Shown: positions 20,140 to 30,308, numbered from the stretch's first letter. The stretch is DNA of 64,000 nt from Candidatus Multivoradales bacterium (GCA_965223855.1 CBDCXM010000009.1:1056001-1120000); one strand, 5' to 3'. Program-made: numbers and translations. The notes: generated from the letters alone by a model not told the origin.

Positions 20140-20279
20140 CTGGATCCTTCCTTCGATCTGGGCCACGCGCCGCCAGAGATGGCGGCGCCGGTAGATCTGC
20201 TGGCGCTCAGTCGGGGCGGTTTGTTACGCAAAGGGGCTGGAGTCGGACGCCCGCAGGGACAAGAGCTCGGTTACACGGG

Positions 20280-21461
20280 CTACCGATACCAGATCGCTTG
20301 ATGCCGCTCGGAGCCTCTGACATCGGTATACGCTTGATACCAGACAAGCACAAAGCCGGCTCTGGCCAGCTCTGCACTCCTTCGACCGAAGGTGCGTGAG
20401 TCGAGCCCATGATGAGACCAGAAGACACGTTCATCATTCGAGGCGAATTCCGCACGGAACACACTCCTGCCAGATCGAACTCCTCCTTCGCATCTGGTAG
20501 GTACCCAGCCCGAATCAACGGCTTCTTCGAAGACGGCCTGGTACGCCTGGGAGGAGAGCCAGGGAGTGACCCATGCTTGGCTAGTTTCCTGGGCATCGTA
20601 ATTTGGGAATGCTGCCGTGGAGCTGCCGACGCTGTCTCCCTCCTGCCCTGGATACTGTTCGTTGTCGAGATCGAGCTCAGCGTGACTGGGAGGAACGATC
20701 GAGGTGATTACCAGGGAGATATCCGTTGCGAGAACCCAGCCCTTTGGGCCCCCGGAGACGCGCACCTCGAACCAGCCTTTGTCGAGACGAACGATCTCCA
20801 GCGAGGCCCCCTGCCTAAGGGCTCTAACCGAAGGGTAGCTGGTCGCTGGTCCCCGAAAGAGGTGGGTGCCCTGATTACGGACACTCCCGCGCACATGACC
20901 GATCGGGGTGGAGGCCCTTCCGGACGAGTCGATTTCCCAGATCCTAGACTGAGAAACTCGGCCTATTCCGCGGCTTCGTCCGAAGCCAACATCCTCGAAG
21001 AGCGTTCCGTTTCGGCCAAGGGCGCCAACCCGACGCCCGCGATGGAAGATGACACCCGTCGAGTCGATGCGGACCGAGGCCCTGATGGTGCCGCGTTGCG
21101 TGATCTTGTCGAGTGTCGCGCTCAAGCGAGTAGCCCTTGGCTGCAGACTACTGCCAGGCTGTTGCGCCCTCATCCGTGGTGGCGCGATGCCGCGCCCTCG
21201 GAGGCTGCCCCCTCCTCGAAGACCTCCGGAGCCCCCTGCTGATGAACCGCCGCGAACTGCGCTGCCGGCGCCACCGCCCCTGGGCACTGCTCCAACTACT
21301 CCGCCTCGCGCAATGCCGGCTGCGCCTCCGCGCGCGAGAGCAGAAGCTGCTGCACCCGCAGCCGCACCTCCGCCTCTCGAATGAAGCCCCTCGGCCGAAG
21401 CGATCGAGAGAATCGGCAGTAGCGTAAGCGCTGAGAGTCGATCTCGATTCAAGAAGGGCAT
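20280..21461 (-). CDS. Secreted protein: Gly-rich N-terminus, SH3b-like domain and C-terminal BTRD1/polyglycine-hydrolase-like repeats
   Basis: LFRGPATSYPSVRALRQG...GWFEVR...KGWV (SH3b); WSHHGLDS..F......ARAGF.LV..QAY....RHQAIW repeat. Confidence 0.65.
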   Translation of the reverse strand: MPFLNRDRLSALTLLPILSIASAEGLHSRGGGAAAGAAASALARGGAAGIARGGVVGAVPRGGGAGSAVRGGSSAGGSGGLRGGGSLRGRGIAPPRMRAQQPGSSLQPRATRLSATLDKITQRGTIRASVRIDSTGVIFHRGRRVGALGRNGTLFEDVGFGRSRGIGRVSQSRIWEIDSSGRASTPIGHVRGSVRNQGTHLFRGPATSYPSVRALRQGASLEIVRLDKGWFEVRVSGGPKGWVLATDISLVITSIVPPSHAELDLDNEQYPGQEGDSVGSSTAAFPNYDAQETSQAWVTPWLSSQAYQAVFEEAVDSGWVPTRCEGGVRSGRSVFRAEFASNDERVFWSHHGLDSRTFGRRSAELARAGFVLVWYQAYTDVRGSERHQAIWYR

Positions 21462-21547
21462 AATCTGGGCAACGTCCGCTTCGAGACTACTATTCCAATG
21501 CAGTGGCAGCGGAGCCTTGAGCGAAGGCTGCGTCTCCCCAAAGGAGC

Positions 21548-21571
21548 AGGTGTCATAGGAATACTGCAAGG
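21548..21571 (+). repeat. L end motif of copy 3
   Basis: aggtgtcataggaatactgcaagg. Confidence 0.95.
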
Positions 21572-21603
21572 ATGAGCATCGGATCTCCGTCTGAAGAGAC
21601 GAG

Positions 21604-22509
21604 ATGGGTTACAGACTTCGCCACCTCGCCGGCCCCCGCCTCGTCGAGGTCACCGCTCGCGCTGTCCAGCGCCGCTTCCTGCTGCGGCCGTCCCCGAAGG
21701 TCAACGCCATCATCCTCGGCGCCCTAGCCCGAGCACAACGCAAGTACGGCATGAAGGTCTGCTACTGCGTCTACCTTTCGAACCACGGCCACCTGCTCCT
21801 GTGGCCCGACGACTCGAAGCAGCTCGCCGACTTCATGCGCTACGCCCACTCGAAGATCGCCAAGGAGCTCGGCCGGATCCACGACTGGCGCGGCGGAATC
21901 TTCGAGCGCCGCTACACCGCCATCGAGCTGAGCGAGGAAGAGACTCAGCCGGAGAAGCGGCTGCGGTACCTGCTGGCCCAAGGGTGCAAGGAGAGGCTCG
22001 TCGCATCCCCCAGGCACTGGCCGGGAGCCACGAGTCTGAGAGCACTGACCGACGGCCAAGAGCTCAGAGGCATCTGGATCGATCGCACGGCGCAGTACCG
22101 GGCCCGTGAGAACGGGCACCGAGCTCCTGAGCGGAACTTCACCGAGGAAGAGCGACTGGAGATCACCCCGCTGCCGACCTGGGGCGACCTGAGCGAATCA
22201 CAACGACAGGCGAAGGTCCGCTCGATCGTTCGGGAGATCGAAGCGGAGACCGAAGGCCACAAGGTGCTCGGTCGCAAGGCCATCCTCGAGCAGGATCCTC
22301 ATGGGCGGCCCTCCAGCCATCCTGAGCGCACTCCGGCGCCGAGGTTTCATGCGATCGCTCGGGGTGTGCGCAGAGCCCTGGAAGAGGCCTACCAGTGGTT
22401 CGTCATTGAGTACCGGCGCGCGGCCGAGGCGCTCCAAGCGGGCAAGCCCGCGGACTTCCCTCCAGGCTGCTTCCTGCCCGCTGGGCGCTACATCCCGCTG
22501 AGAATCTAG
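21604..22509 (+). CDS. HUH/Y1 tyrosine transposase, copy 3
   Basis: 301 aa; NHGH HUH motif; bounded by L at 21548 and R at 22724-22762 (element about 1.2 kb). Confidence 0.9.
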   Translation: MGYRLRHLAGPRLVEVTARAVQRRFLLRPSPKVNAIILGALARAQRKYGMKVCYCVYLSNHGHLLLWPDDSKQLADFMRYAHSKIAKELGRIHDWRGGIFERRYTAIELSEEETQPEKRLRYLLAQGCKERLVASPRHWPGATSLRALTDGQELRGIWIDRTAQYRARENGHRAPERNFTEEERLEITPLPTWGDLSESQRQAKVRSIVREIEAETEGHKVLGRKAILEQDPHGRPSSHPERTPAPRFHAIARGVRRALEEAYQWFVIEYRRAAEALQAGKPADFPPGCFLPAGRYIPLRI

Positions 22510-22723
22510 GCAGGTCGCGTCCCTCGAGTCGGACCGGACCGGTTGCCGCCGAGCGCGACGGCCGGTCGCGGCGTGGAGGGGCGTCGCACAACTGCAGCCG
22601 AGAGATTGCTCCGCGGCGATAGCCAGCTCGAGAACGTCCTCGACGCGGCGTTCTCGAGGCCTCCGAGTCGAAGGACATGCGCGATCGCAGCGGATGCGGT
22701 GCGAGCCGCAGCGCGCGTGTGGG

Positions 22724-23013
22724 CTCTTCAGTATTCCCTTCAGTATTCCTGTGAGGCCTCTAGTCGGCTAGTCGGCTCTTCAGTATTCCCTTCAGTATTC
22801 CTGTGAGGCCTCTAGTCCGGGGGCCTCTAGTCCGGGGAGTGGGATCGGCGAGACGGCCTCTAGTCCGGGGGCCTCTAGTCCGGGGAGTGGGATCGGCGAG
22901 ACCAACGTGCGAGCCTCGACGCAAGCATGCGCTCTCCAGTATTCCTGTGAGGCCTCTACCTGGCGGAGCGGCGGCGCGAGTGTGCGCTCTTCAGTATTCC
23001 TGTGAGGCCTCTA
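22724..23013 (+). repeat. Cluster of four R motifs with nested tandem duplications
   Basis: R at 22724-22762, 22776-22814, 22932-22958 and 22987-23013; a 48-bp unit ggcctctagtccgggggcctctagtccggggagtgggatcggcgagac is duplicated at 22807-22854 and 22855-22902. Confidence 0.95.
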
Positions 23014-23053
23014 TTTGATTTGCGGCGTCTATTTCCGGCGCCTCCCTCGACCT

Positions 23054-23473
23054 CTATCTCGGGTGCAGTTGGTCGAGAGAGTGGACAATAGCCCTCACTG
23101 AGTCGATTCCGAGTTGAGTCAATCGTCCGCTCTCTTGCCAGCAGGCAAAGTCGTCGTGCAGTTCCTCCAAGCCCTCCCAGAAGTGGGATGGAAGCCCGCG
23201 CGCCGACTCAACGAAGAGGTCCTCTTCACTGCCGGCTTCACATAGCAGCTGCCCGACGGGCAGATCGCCGTACTTCTCTTGAATGCCCTCGGGGTCCACC
23301 AGCCAGCGACCAACGAAGCAGACTCTACCCTCGGCCGAATGATAGGTCGGCTGAGGGTCATCGCCGTCGTAGTCGATGGCCCGAAAGTTGCGCTCCTCCT
23401 GAGAGAAGAGGAGCGTTTGGATTAGGATCCTCAGGCCGGTAGCGGAAACCGTGCTTGCGGTGTTTGGCTGCAA
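23054..23473 (-). CDS. Hypothetical protein
   Basis: 139-aa ORF with RBS aggagg upstream; no recognised motif. Confidence 0.6.
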   Translation of the reverse strand: MQPNTASTVSATGLRILIQTLLFSQEERNFRAIDYDGDDPQPTYHSAEGRVCFVGRWLVDPEGIQEKYGDLPVGQLLCEAGSEEDLFVESARGLPSHFWEGLEELHDDFACWQESGRLTQLGIDSVRAIVHSLDQLHPR

Positions 23474-23698
23474 CTCAAACCTCCTAGCTGTTGGGAAGCG
23501 GTGGGCCTCTCGCTAAGCCGGCGTCGGGCTGGCAGCTCTTTAAGATTAGTAGGCCCTATGATGCGTGTCAATGGGCTGGTACGAGAGAGGTGGCACACGT
23601 CGTTGGCCTGGGAACGGTCGAGATCATTCGACGCGACCGGGAGAAAGGGCTCGCGAATAGGTTCCGGGAGAGCCAGCCCTCCTTTGTCTCAAAACCGC

Positions 23699-26413
23699 TC
23701 AACTCCCTCGAAGCCGCCTAGCCTTCATCTTTGCGAAACCCAGGTCCTCCTCCCAACTTGGTGGGAGTTCGATCTCAAGCTCCTCCTGGTAGAACGCTTG
23801 GATTGGTTCGGCAAGTCGCAGCCAGTCCTTCGCGACTCTCTTGATGTGGCGAGGTCGTGCACGACTACGACCAATGTCCTCAAGAAACGATGGGAGGCAG
23901 TTGAAGTAGCACCACGAGATCGGCATCAGACTGTTGCGGATTCCGTCCTCTTCTGCCAGATGAAGCGTTCCTCGTTCAACTCGAGGGCGTGTTCGTTCTC
24001 TTTCCCTGTCTAGAGCCTGTTCGAAGACCTGCCGCACCCTGTCTATGCGTCCCAAGGCAGTCGTTCTTCGGTGCCACGCTTCTGTGATTTCAAGGCTCCT
24101 TCGAAACTCGCCAATACCGAGGAGACACCACTGTACGTAGGCCGGGAAGTAGGTCAGGGTGAATATGAAGCGCGTGCCGGCAGCCGAGGGACTGACCTTG
24201 TTGGCTCCTCCTGACCACCATCTCTCAACTCCATCGCGATCGTCGCGAACGCCAGAGTAGATTAGACGTTGATCGAAGCGGACGAGTTCCATCAGAGCGG
24301 CTATCACCTGAGAGTGGTCAGTGAAGCCTCGCTCCCGAAGCTCCCGCTTTAGCGTGCCGGTGTAGACCTGAGTCTTGGCCTCAGCCAAGATTGCTAGCAC
24401 GACAAGTGGGATCTCGAGAAGCGTCTCGCCGCTAACAGTGAAGAGGTTGGTGGCCGACGTCGAGTGCGGTCCGATAGCCTCGTCTGGTGCGATAAGAACG
24501 CTAGCGCCGAGCCAGTTGCTAGGCAGCGCCTCTTGAGTCCTGAGCCTTCGCTTCGTGGTTGAGAGAAGGGGCTTTAGGACTTTCTCAATGCCTGGACGCC
24601 GTTGTCGAATCCGCTCGGAGCTTTCCGTCTGAGATCTTCGTGAGCCGCGCAGGTCGCTCTCCATCAAGCGGTCAAGGAGAGGTCCGAACAGCCATTGGCG
24701 CCAGCTATCAGCGTCGGGTTTGAAGCTGGCTTTCGCCCGCTCGAAGGCTCGACGGACCTCGGTTGGAGTCAACTTGCGCTTCCCGAAGTGCTGAGCGAGT
24801 CCATCTACGAGGATTGACAGGCACGTCGCGCGTACCTTCTGAAACTTTTGCGACAAGAGCCCAGAGCCCTGATTCGTGCCACAGACGGCATGCAGCCGGT
24901 GCCGAAAATCCTCAGCCTGTGCGTAGGTTTCGGAATCACCGAACGTGCCGGCCTTGGCTAGGGAGTCCAAGAAACTCTCAAGCAGGCGCTCAGCCAAGGC
25001 CACTCGCGACTCTCCTGGAGTTCTGTTGACGCGTTCGGTCTCGAAAGACCAGCGCGCCGCCGCTTCGAAGCGCTGAATCACCACTGCAGCTAAGAGCACC
25101 GTCTTGATCTGCCTTTGGTAGTCCCTTCTTGGAGGAGGGCACTGCTGGATGCGCGGACTGAGTAGCCACCGGCGCGCGTACAACAAGGCGTTCCGGATAT
25201 TGGTGCCGGATCGGGCCGAGAGGATGCGTTCGAGCGGAGAAGGCACCGCTAGAGAGCGCCACAGGTACCAAGCTCGAGCAAGCAGCTGCTTCCGATCCGC
25301 TGGGTCGAGGCGCTTCAGCAGGTCGGGTCTATCCGGCAGCCACAAGTGCTTGGTGAGCTGAAGAAAGACGATGTCGGTCGGGTTTGGAGCGGGATAAGGC
25401 TCGATGCTGGAGTACTGGCCGAATGAGTGCGCAATGTTCTCTGCCGTCGAGAGGCGTACAAAGATCGTGAGCGAGAAGGGTGGGTTCACAACGCGATCGT
25501 TCATGTAGCAACCGGGAGCCGTAGAGGTTGCGAGTGATCGGACCAAAGTGCGCTGAAGAAACTCCGGAAAGTTGTCAACGTTGTCGAGGACTAGGGAGGT
25601 GGGCATGCTGTCAGCGTCCGACAGGCGGAACGCGAGCTCCTGCATTACCAAGATCCGTAGCTGTAAATGGTCGTGAGGCGCTAGCCCCTTGTGGAGGTGA
25701 TTGGCTCGGGCTTTTGCCACAGGAAGTAGCTCTTGGGAGAGCTCGGACCAGTCGAGATCGGCTGGGATCTGTTTTGTCCCGATGATGCGACCGAGCTTGT
25801 CTTGGAACTGGTCCACGATGCCATTCTTAAAGTGTGCGGGGGTGGGACTCCTATTCTTCTTCTGCGGGAAGAGGCCCAAGAAGCTGTCAACAAGAAGGGC
25901 GCTGCCGAAACGACTCTTGAGTCGCGCATCGAGAACATGGGCAACCGCAATCAAGAAGGCCTGACGAATCTTCTCCTTCTCTTTCCGGGTGTCACAAAGA
26001 TCCCAGTACTTGGTCGGGTCGAGTGTCTGGAGGTCGATTATCAATAGGTTGTTTCGAGGAATCCGCTTCTCGCGGCTGAGCGCTCGGAACAGACCTGCGA
26101 GAAACGAAACCACACTACTCTTGCCGGACCCAGTTCCGCTCGAGACAACGCGCAGTGGCTTCTCAGAGAAGAGAAGGGACAGTGCGAGATCTTCACAAGG
26201 AGGTAGGGCAGTGTCGCCAGGAAACCAGGGAAGGTCCGAGTGACGCTCTTCGAAGACAAGTACATCATCGACCTGTTCGGTCTCAGAATTCCGAGCCCTC
26301 CTCAAGTCCAAGAGGGCGCTTCGTAGGTAGCGGCCGGGTGAGTCTGTTGGTCTGTCGAGGAGCCAATGATCCAGGACATCCCCGACCTTCTTGGCGCTGC
26401 GATAGAGGGCCAC
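23699..26413 (-). CDS. Large P-loop NTPase, function unknown (possibly defence-related)
   Basis: 904 aa; Walker A SGTGSGKS and Walker B-like LVLDNVD; atypical, lower-GC codon usage. Confidence 0.7.
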   Translation of the reverse strand: MALYRSAKKVGDVLDHWLLDRPTDSPGRYLRSALLDLRRARNSETEQVDDVLVFEERHSDLPWFPGDTALPPCEDLALSLLFSEKPLRVVSSGTGSGKSSVVSFLAGLFRALSREKRIPRNNLLIIDLQTLDPTKYWDLCDTRKEKEKIRQAFLIAVAHVLDARLKSRFGSALLVDSFLGLFPQKKNRSPTPAHFKNGIVDQFQDKLGRIIGTKQIPADLDWSELSQELLPVAKARANHLHKGLAPHDHLQLRILVMQELAFRLSDADSMPTSLVLDNVDNFPEFLQRTLVRSLATSTAPGCYMNDRVVNPPFSLTIFVRLSTAENIAHSFGQYSSIEPYPAPNPTDIVFLQLTKHLWLPDRPDLLKRLDPADRKQLLARAWYLWRSLAVPSPLERILSARSGTNIRNALLYARRWLLSPRIQQCPPPRRDYQRQIKTVLLAAVVIQRFEAAARWSFETERVNRTPGESRVALAERLLESFLDSLAKAGTFGDSETYAQAEDFRHRLHAVCGTNQGSGLLSQKFQKVRATCLSILVDGLAQHFGKRKLTPTEVRRAFERAKASFKPDADSWRQWLFGPLLDRLMESDLRGSRRSQTESSERIRQRRPGIEKVLKPLLSTTKRRLRTQEALPSNWLGASVLIAPDEAIGPHSTSATNLFTVSGETLLEIPLVVLAILAEAKTQVYTGTLKRELRERGFTDHSQVIAALMELVRFDQRLIYSGVRDDRDGVERWWSGGANKVSPSAAGTRFIFTLTYFPAYVQWCLLGIGEFRRSLEITEAWHRRTTALGRIDRVRQVFEQALDRERERTRPRVERGTLHLAEEDGIRNSLMPISWCYFNCLPSFLEDIGRSRARPRHIKRVAKDWLRLAEPIQAFYQEELEIELPPSWEEDLGFAKMKARRLRGS

Positions 26414-26416
26414 GGC

Positions 26417-26725
26417 TTACTCTGAGCTACAGAGATCGTTCGCGGCGATTGTGTTGTCCTGATGGCAGGTACATGGGCAATCGACGGTGAAACTCCCATT
26501 GGCGCTGGGTGCGAACGCGGAGAGAATGCCTGAGATACCTTGGACTAGGCCAACGCCGATGAGAGCCAGTGTCAACCAGAAGATGACACGCTGGTGGCGC
26601 TCAAGCTGCTCGGCATGTGAGAACGTGAGCTCTATCTGAGCGCGAGCGGGATCTTCAAGCTGGATATCTGAAGTTGCAGCTTCGCGCAAATCCTGGAGTT
26701 CTTGAAGCCTTGATTTCCTAGGCAC
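26417..26725 (-). CDS. Small membrane protein co-transcribed with the NTPase
   Basis: One TM segment; C-terminal CPCTC; 3 nt from the NTPase start. Confidence 0.55.
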   Translation of the reverse strand: MPRKSRLQELQDLREAATSDIQLEDPARAQIELTFSHAEQLERHQRVIFWLTLALIGVGLVQGISGILSAFAPSANGSFTVDCPCTCHQDNTIAANDLCSSE

Positions 26726-26819
26726 CAGCCTACGTCCTCCTAAAAGGGCTTAAGTCGTCTAAGTTTCTGGGGGGGTGAGAAGCGCAGATAGTCGCAGACC
26801 GGCCGTTTGCGGTCAAGTA

Positions 26820-27260
26820 GCAAGTAGGTCGTCCTCGGCTGGCTGGCGGAGAATCGCGATCTCAGGCGGTAGCTCGGCACAGGGTTCTGTCCAGAGTTGT
26901 AGGGTCTGCAGCTGCTCGGCGGCGTCAGTCGAGCAGCGTGACGATCGAGTGATCGCGCTATCGAATAGTTGGGAAGCCTCGCCACCACGGTTCTCAAGAC
27001 AGGACCTGCTAGCCAACCTGCGATAGCCAGGTCTTCCGTACGCTCAACGTGGTCGACGACACTTTCTGGGAGCGCCCGACGATCTAGGTCGACACCCTGC
27101 TGTCCGGCTGCTCGCGTGCTCGATCGGATCGCCGAGAAGCGAATCGGCCAACCAGATTGCATCGTGTTCGAAAACGCCGCGAACGCACGAGCATTCCCTC
27201 GAGCAATGGGCCCGCGAGGGTGCTGTGACGCTAGCTTCGATCCGGCTAGGCAAAGCCGAT
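26820..27260 (+). pseudogene. Decayed IS3-family transposase remnant
   Basis: + strand reads FRTLNVVDD...I*VDTLLSG..RVLDRIAEKR..QPDCIVFENA, resembling the IS3/IS407 integrase core, with stops and frameshifts. Confidence 0.7.
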
Positions 27261-27613
27261 CGAGACTGCCTCGTCTCGATCTCAACGATCGCTTCTGCGA
27301 CGAATGCCTAGACCTCCACTGGTCTCTCGTCTTCTGCGACGCTAAGAAGCGGATCGAGGCGTGGCCGCCCGCCTTGGGTGCCAGCGGCCTCACCGCTCAC
27401 TAGAGAGTCTCGCTCAAGAGAGCACGTCCCGGCTGCTGGGCTCCAGCCGGCTTTGCCGGCCCGGCCCCGGCTCCACCTCACAGGGCGAGCTGAGGCGAAG
27501 CGGTTGCAGCAGGAACTCTCAACAAGTGGGCGGTGTCAACCTATCGATTCGGTCCAGGCCGTGGAACGCCATTCGGCCGAGTCACTGGAGCGGTCATTTG
27601 GGCGGGAGACCAA

Positions 27614-29256
27614 TCACGAACCCGATAGGCGCTCCAGCGCAAAGAGAGGCCCCCGACGAAGCAGGCCCACCAGCTTCCTAGGCGTGTCACCCTCGCGATG
27701 ACTCGCCGCTCCACCCCGAGTCTTCTTAAGGAGTAGTCTTCCTCCGAGGAAGTCTAGTACGTGGAGCCCTTGCTTAAGTCGAGATGCGCTGTACTGACTG
27801 AGATCCAAGAGGTACACCTCAGAGCGACGACCAGCCTCATGTGCGGCCGAGAGGCTGCTGTTAATAAGGTGCAGCATCCTGAGGTCCGCCAAGCTCTGGA
27901 TGAGTGCATAGTCGTCAGGGCGCAACTCCTTGTCACGGTAGTCGATTCTGAAGAAGGTGAAGTGTTTCTCCGAGAGGAGAAAGTCTCGGATGGTGTTCAG
28001 TGCGTTCACAAGCTCCTGCGACCGGCCGTGGTCCGCAGCAGCGTCCTCTTCTAGCTCCTGCAGCTTCGTCTGAGCGGCAAGCCCTGCAGCCTTGTTGACG
28101 TCCTGAACCCCCAATGTACTGGCGCTGGTGCGCTGTCTGGCTAGCTGAATCGAGGCCGCACAGAGCGTCAGGAAATCTCGGGGAACGCCGCCAGAAGCTA
28201 GCAGCAGCCGGTCGAGGGAGGCACCAGGGAGGAAATTGCTCATCGGGAGCGCGTTCAGTTCTCTCAGGTATCCCTGCAGCACGTTCCTCAGGAACTCTCG
28301 AGCGCGGGCAGGCTCCTCTAGTGTCACGTCCAAGTCTATGATTGTGGCGTCGTGTCCAGTTTGGAGTCCTGTCGGCGGCTCCGGTGAAAACCAGCGTGTC
28401 TGGTGTTTGATGCCAGCTACCTTCAGCCACACTGGGTTGTCGCGCGCGAGGCCGTGAAGCATGTCGAGCAGCTCGGGAACATCGTTCCGCGCCAAGTAGT
28501 GAACGTCATCGAGAAAGATAAAGACTGGCCGACTGTTCGCGATCGTGAAGTGTGCAAGCGCTTGCTGAAGATCAGCGAGGAGACTCGCCACAGTAGTGTC
28601 TCGAGTTTCTTGCTCGGAGAGTAGGGCCAGAGCCCTCTCCCTTACCCTGGGAACCAAACTCCCAGAGAGGGTTCTTTGCTTGTGCAATCCGGTCGACGAG
28701 ATCATTACATCGCACAACCGAAGTACGATCTGGAGGAAGATCCGATTGACTGAGAGCTTCCGCATGCTGTGGACGTTCACCCAGAGCGTGGCAGCTTCCT
28801 TTCGCTGAAGCAGTCGTTGAGCCTCCCAGCATCAACGCAGTCTTGCCGACCCCGCGCCTACCGAAGATCAAGTGGTGCCTCGGCGCCATGGCGAGGTTGA
28901 GTCGCTCCGCAGCGGTCTGGCACGTAGTTGAGACTCGGCTGGGCTTCGGATGTTCTCGAGCGAGCGTTCAGTAGCTCAACGAGAGCTCCAGCGCGATCAT
29001 CGAGGATCGACTCTATTGGCTCCGAGTGTTGAGGCGTAGGCTCCGCTCTCCTTACCGTTACGAAGCCGTCTTCAAACTCGCTGTCGAGTTGTGACGCGAT
29101 AGCGATGGCTGCCTCGTAGTCGCGATCCACCTCTACCACGACAATGGTCTCTCCGGGGAACGATCGTAGCTCTATAGCTCTCGGAACTACCCCCTGTGAA
29201 GTAAAGGCATCTTCAACTAGAGCCCTCAGCGATCTCTCTGACCTCATGCGCGCCAA
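27614..29256 (-). CDS. P-loop ATPase (split over three frames; two frameshifts)
   Basis: N-terminal part (28858-29256), Walker A HHLIFGRRGVGKT (28572-28889) and Walker B IFLDD plus SGGVPRDF (27614-28780) join into one ~545-aa protein. Confidence 0.75.
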
Positions 29257-29767
29257 TCCTTCGAATTGAGGAAGTCTCGAGTGAGCCTCAAGAACTCCTG
29301 CGCAGAGGAACAGAGCGATCTCGCCGGCTCAAGGAACCTTCGGTCGGCGCGCGGATAAGGATCGTAGTCGGCGCGATTCCTCTCGAGCCGAGCATGCTTG
29401 AGCAGCGCCTCCCACTCATGCCGATCCCGGCAAGTCTGAGGGTAAGTGCTTAGGGAGCTCTGAGTGGTCTTGGTGGTCGTCACCACCACTGTCAAAGAAC
29501 ACCATTGCTCTCGCAGAGTGGTACATGGAGTAATAGGCTCTGCTGACCGCAGTCCTGTTGGACTTGTGGATGCCGTCGAGAGAAGTCCTAGCCGACCGAA
29601 GCAGGCTGCGAGCGAGAGAAAGCCGATGCTCGACGACGAGCACCAAGAGCTCTCTTGTTGTGTAGCCGGTTGCAGCCTCAAGTTTCGGGCCGAGTTGAAG
29701 CCACGCCCAGTTGCTTCTTTCGACCCTCAGCTAGAGGTCTAAGGTGCTTCTGTAGGGCTCGCGGCAT
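29244..29767 (-). CDS. HEPN-domain protein (frameshifted)
   Basis: AVSRAYYSMYHSARA...DDHQDHSELP in one frame and LKHARLERNRADYDPYP in another; ATG at 29767. Confidence 0.75.
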
Positions 29768-29846
29768 TTGTGCAAGCGTAACAGTTGCGGCCGTCGAAGA
29801 TATGGCGAGCTCGGCGCCGCGAGCAGCACGCGCTGAAGCCCCCTAC

Positions 29847-30299
29847 TCAGTAGAGGCGGTCGAGGTTGTCGAGCCCTAGGGCCGCCTCCAACGTATGCCA
29901 ACTCAAGGTCGCACACTTCACCCGAACCGGAAACTCCCTAACCCCTTCAAACACCGCCAACTTCCCCAACTCCGCCCCAGCCTGCGCCCGCACCGCCGGA
30001 TCCCCGTCATCAGATCGTGGAATCCCTTGAAGAGCGCCTCCGCCTCCCCCACCGTCTTCCCCTTCACCGCCTCCGTCATCAGTGAAGCCGAAGCCTTCGA
30101 GATCGCACACCCCGACCCCTCGAACTTGATGTCCTCGGACGATCTCCCCGTCGAGCACCAGATACACCCGTAGCTGATCCCCGCAAAGCGGATTGTGCCC
30201 GTCGGCCGTCCGATCGGCGTCCTCGATCGCGCCGAAGTTCCGGGGCGATTTGTTGTGGTCGAGGATGACTTCCTGGTAGAGGTCGGTGAGTTCGCTCAA
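29847..30299 (-). CDS. sufU: SUF system NifU-like scaffold (two compensating frameshifts)
   Basis: LYQEVILDH..PRNFG, GHNPLCGD and FPVRVKCATL.WH; the middle block EDIKFEGSGCAISKASAS is in a shifted frame. Confidence 0.9.
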   Translation of the reverse strand: MSELTDLYQEVILDHNKSPRNFGAIEDADRTADGHNPLCGDQLRVYLVLDGEIVRGHQVRGVGVCDLEGFGFTDDGGGEGEDGGGGGGALQGIPRSDDGDPAVRAQAGAELGKLAVFEGVREFPVRVKCATLSWHTLEAALGLDNLDRLY

Positions 30300-30308
30300 G
30301 CTTGTGTT

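Noticed and set aside
22724-23013. CRISPR array (repeated ~27-nt motif with short spacers)
   Set aside because: Spacing is irregular, spacers are themselves duplications, no cas genes are present, and the same motif is the transposase right end elsewhere.
27614-29850. Retron or RT-linked defence system
   Set aside because: No reverse transcriptase (YADD-type) ORF was found near the HEPN/ATPase pair.
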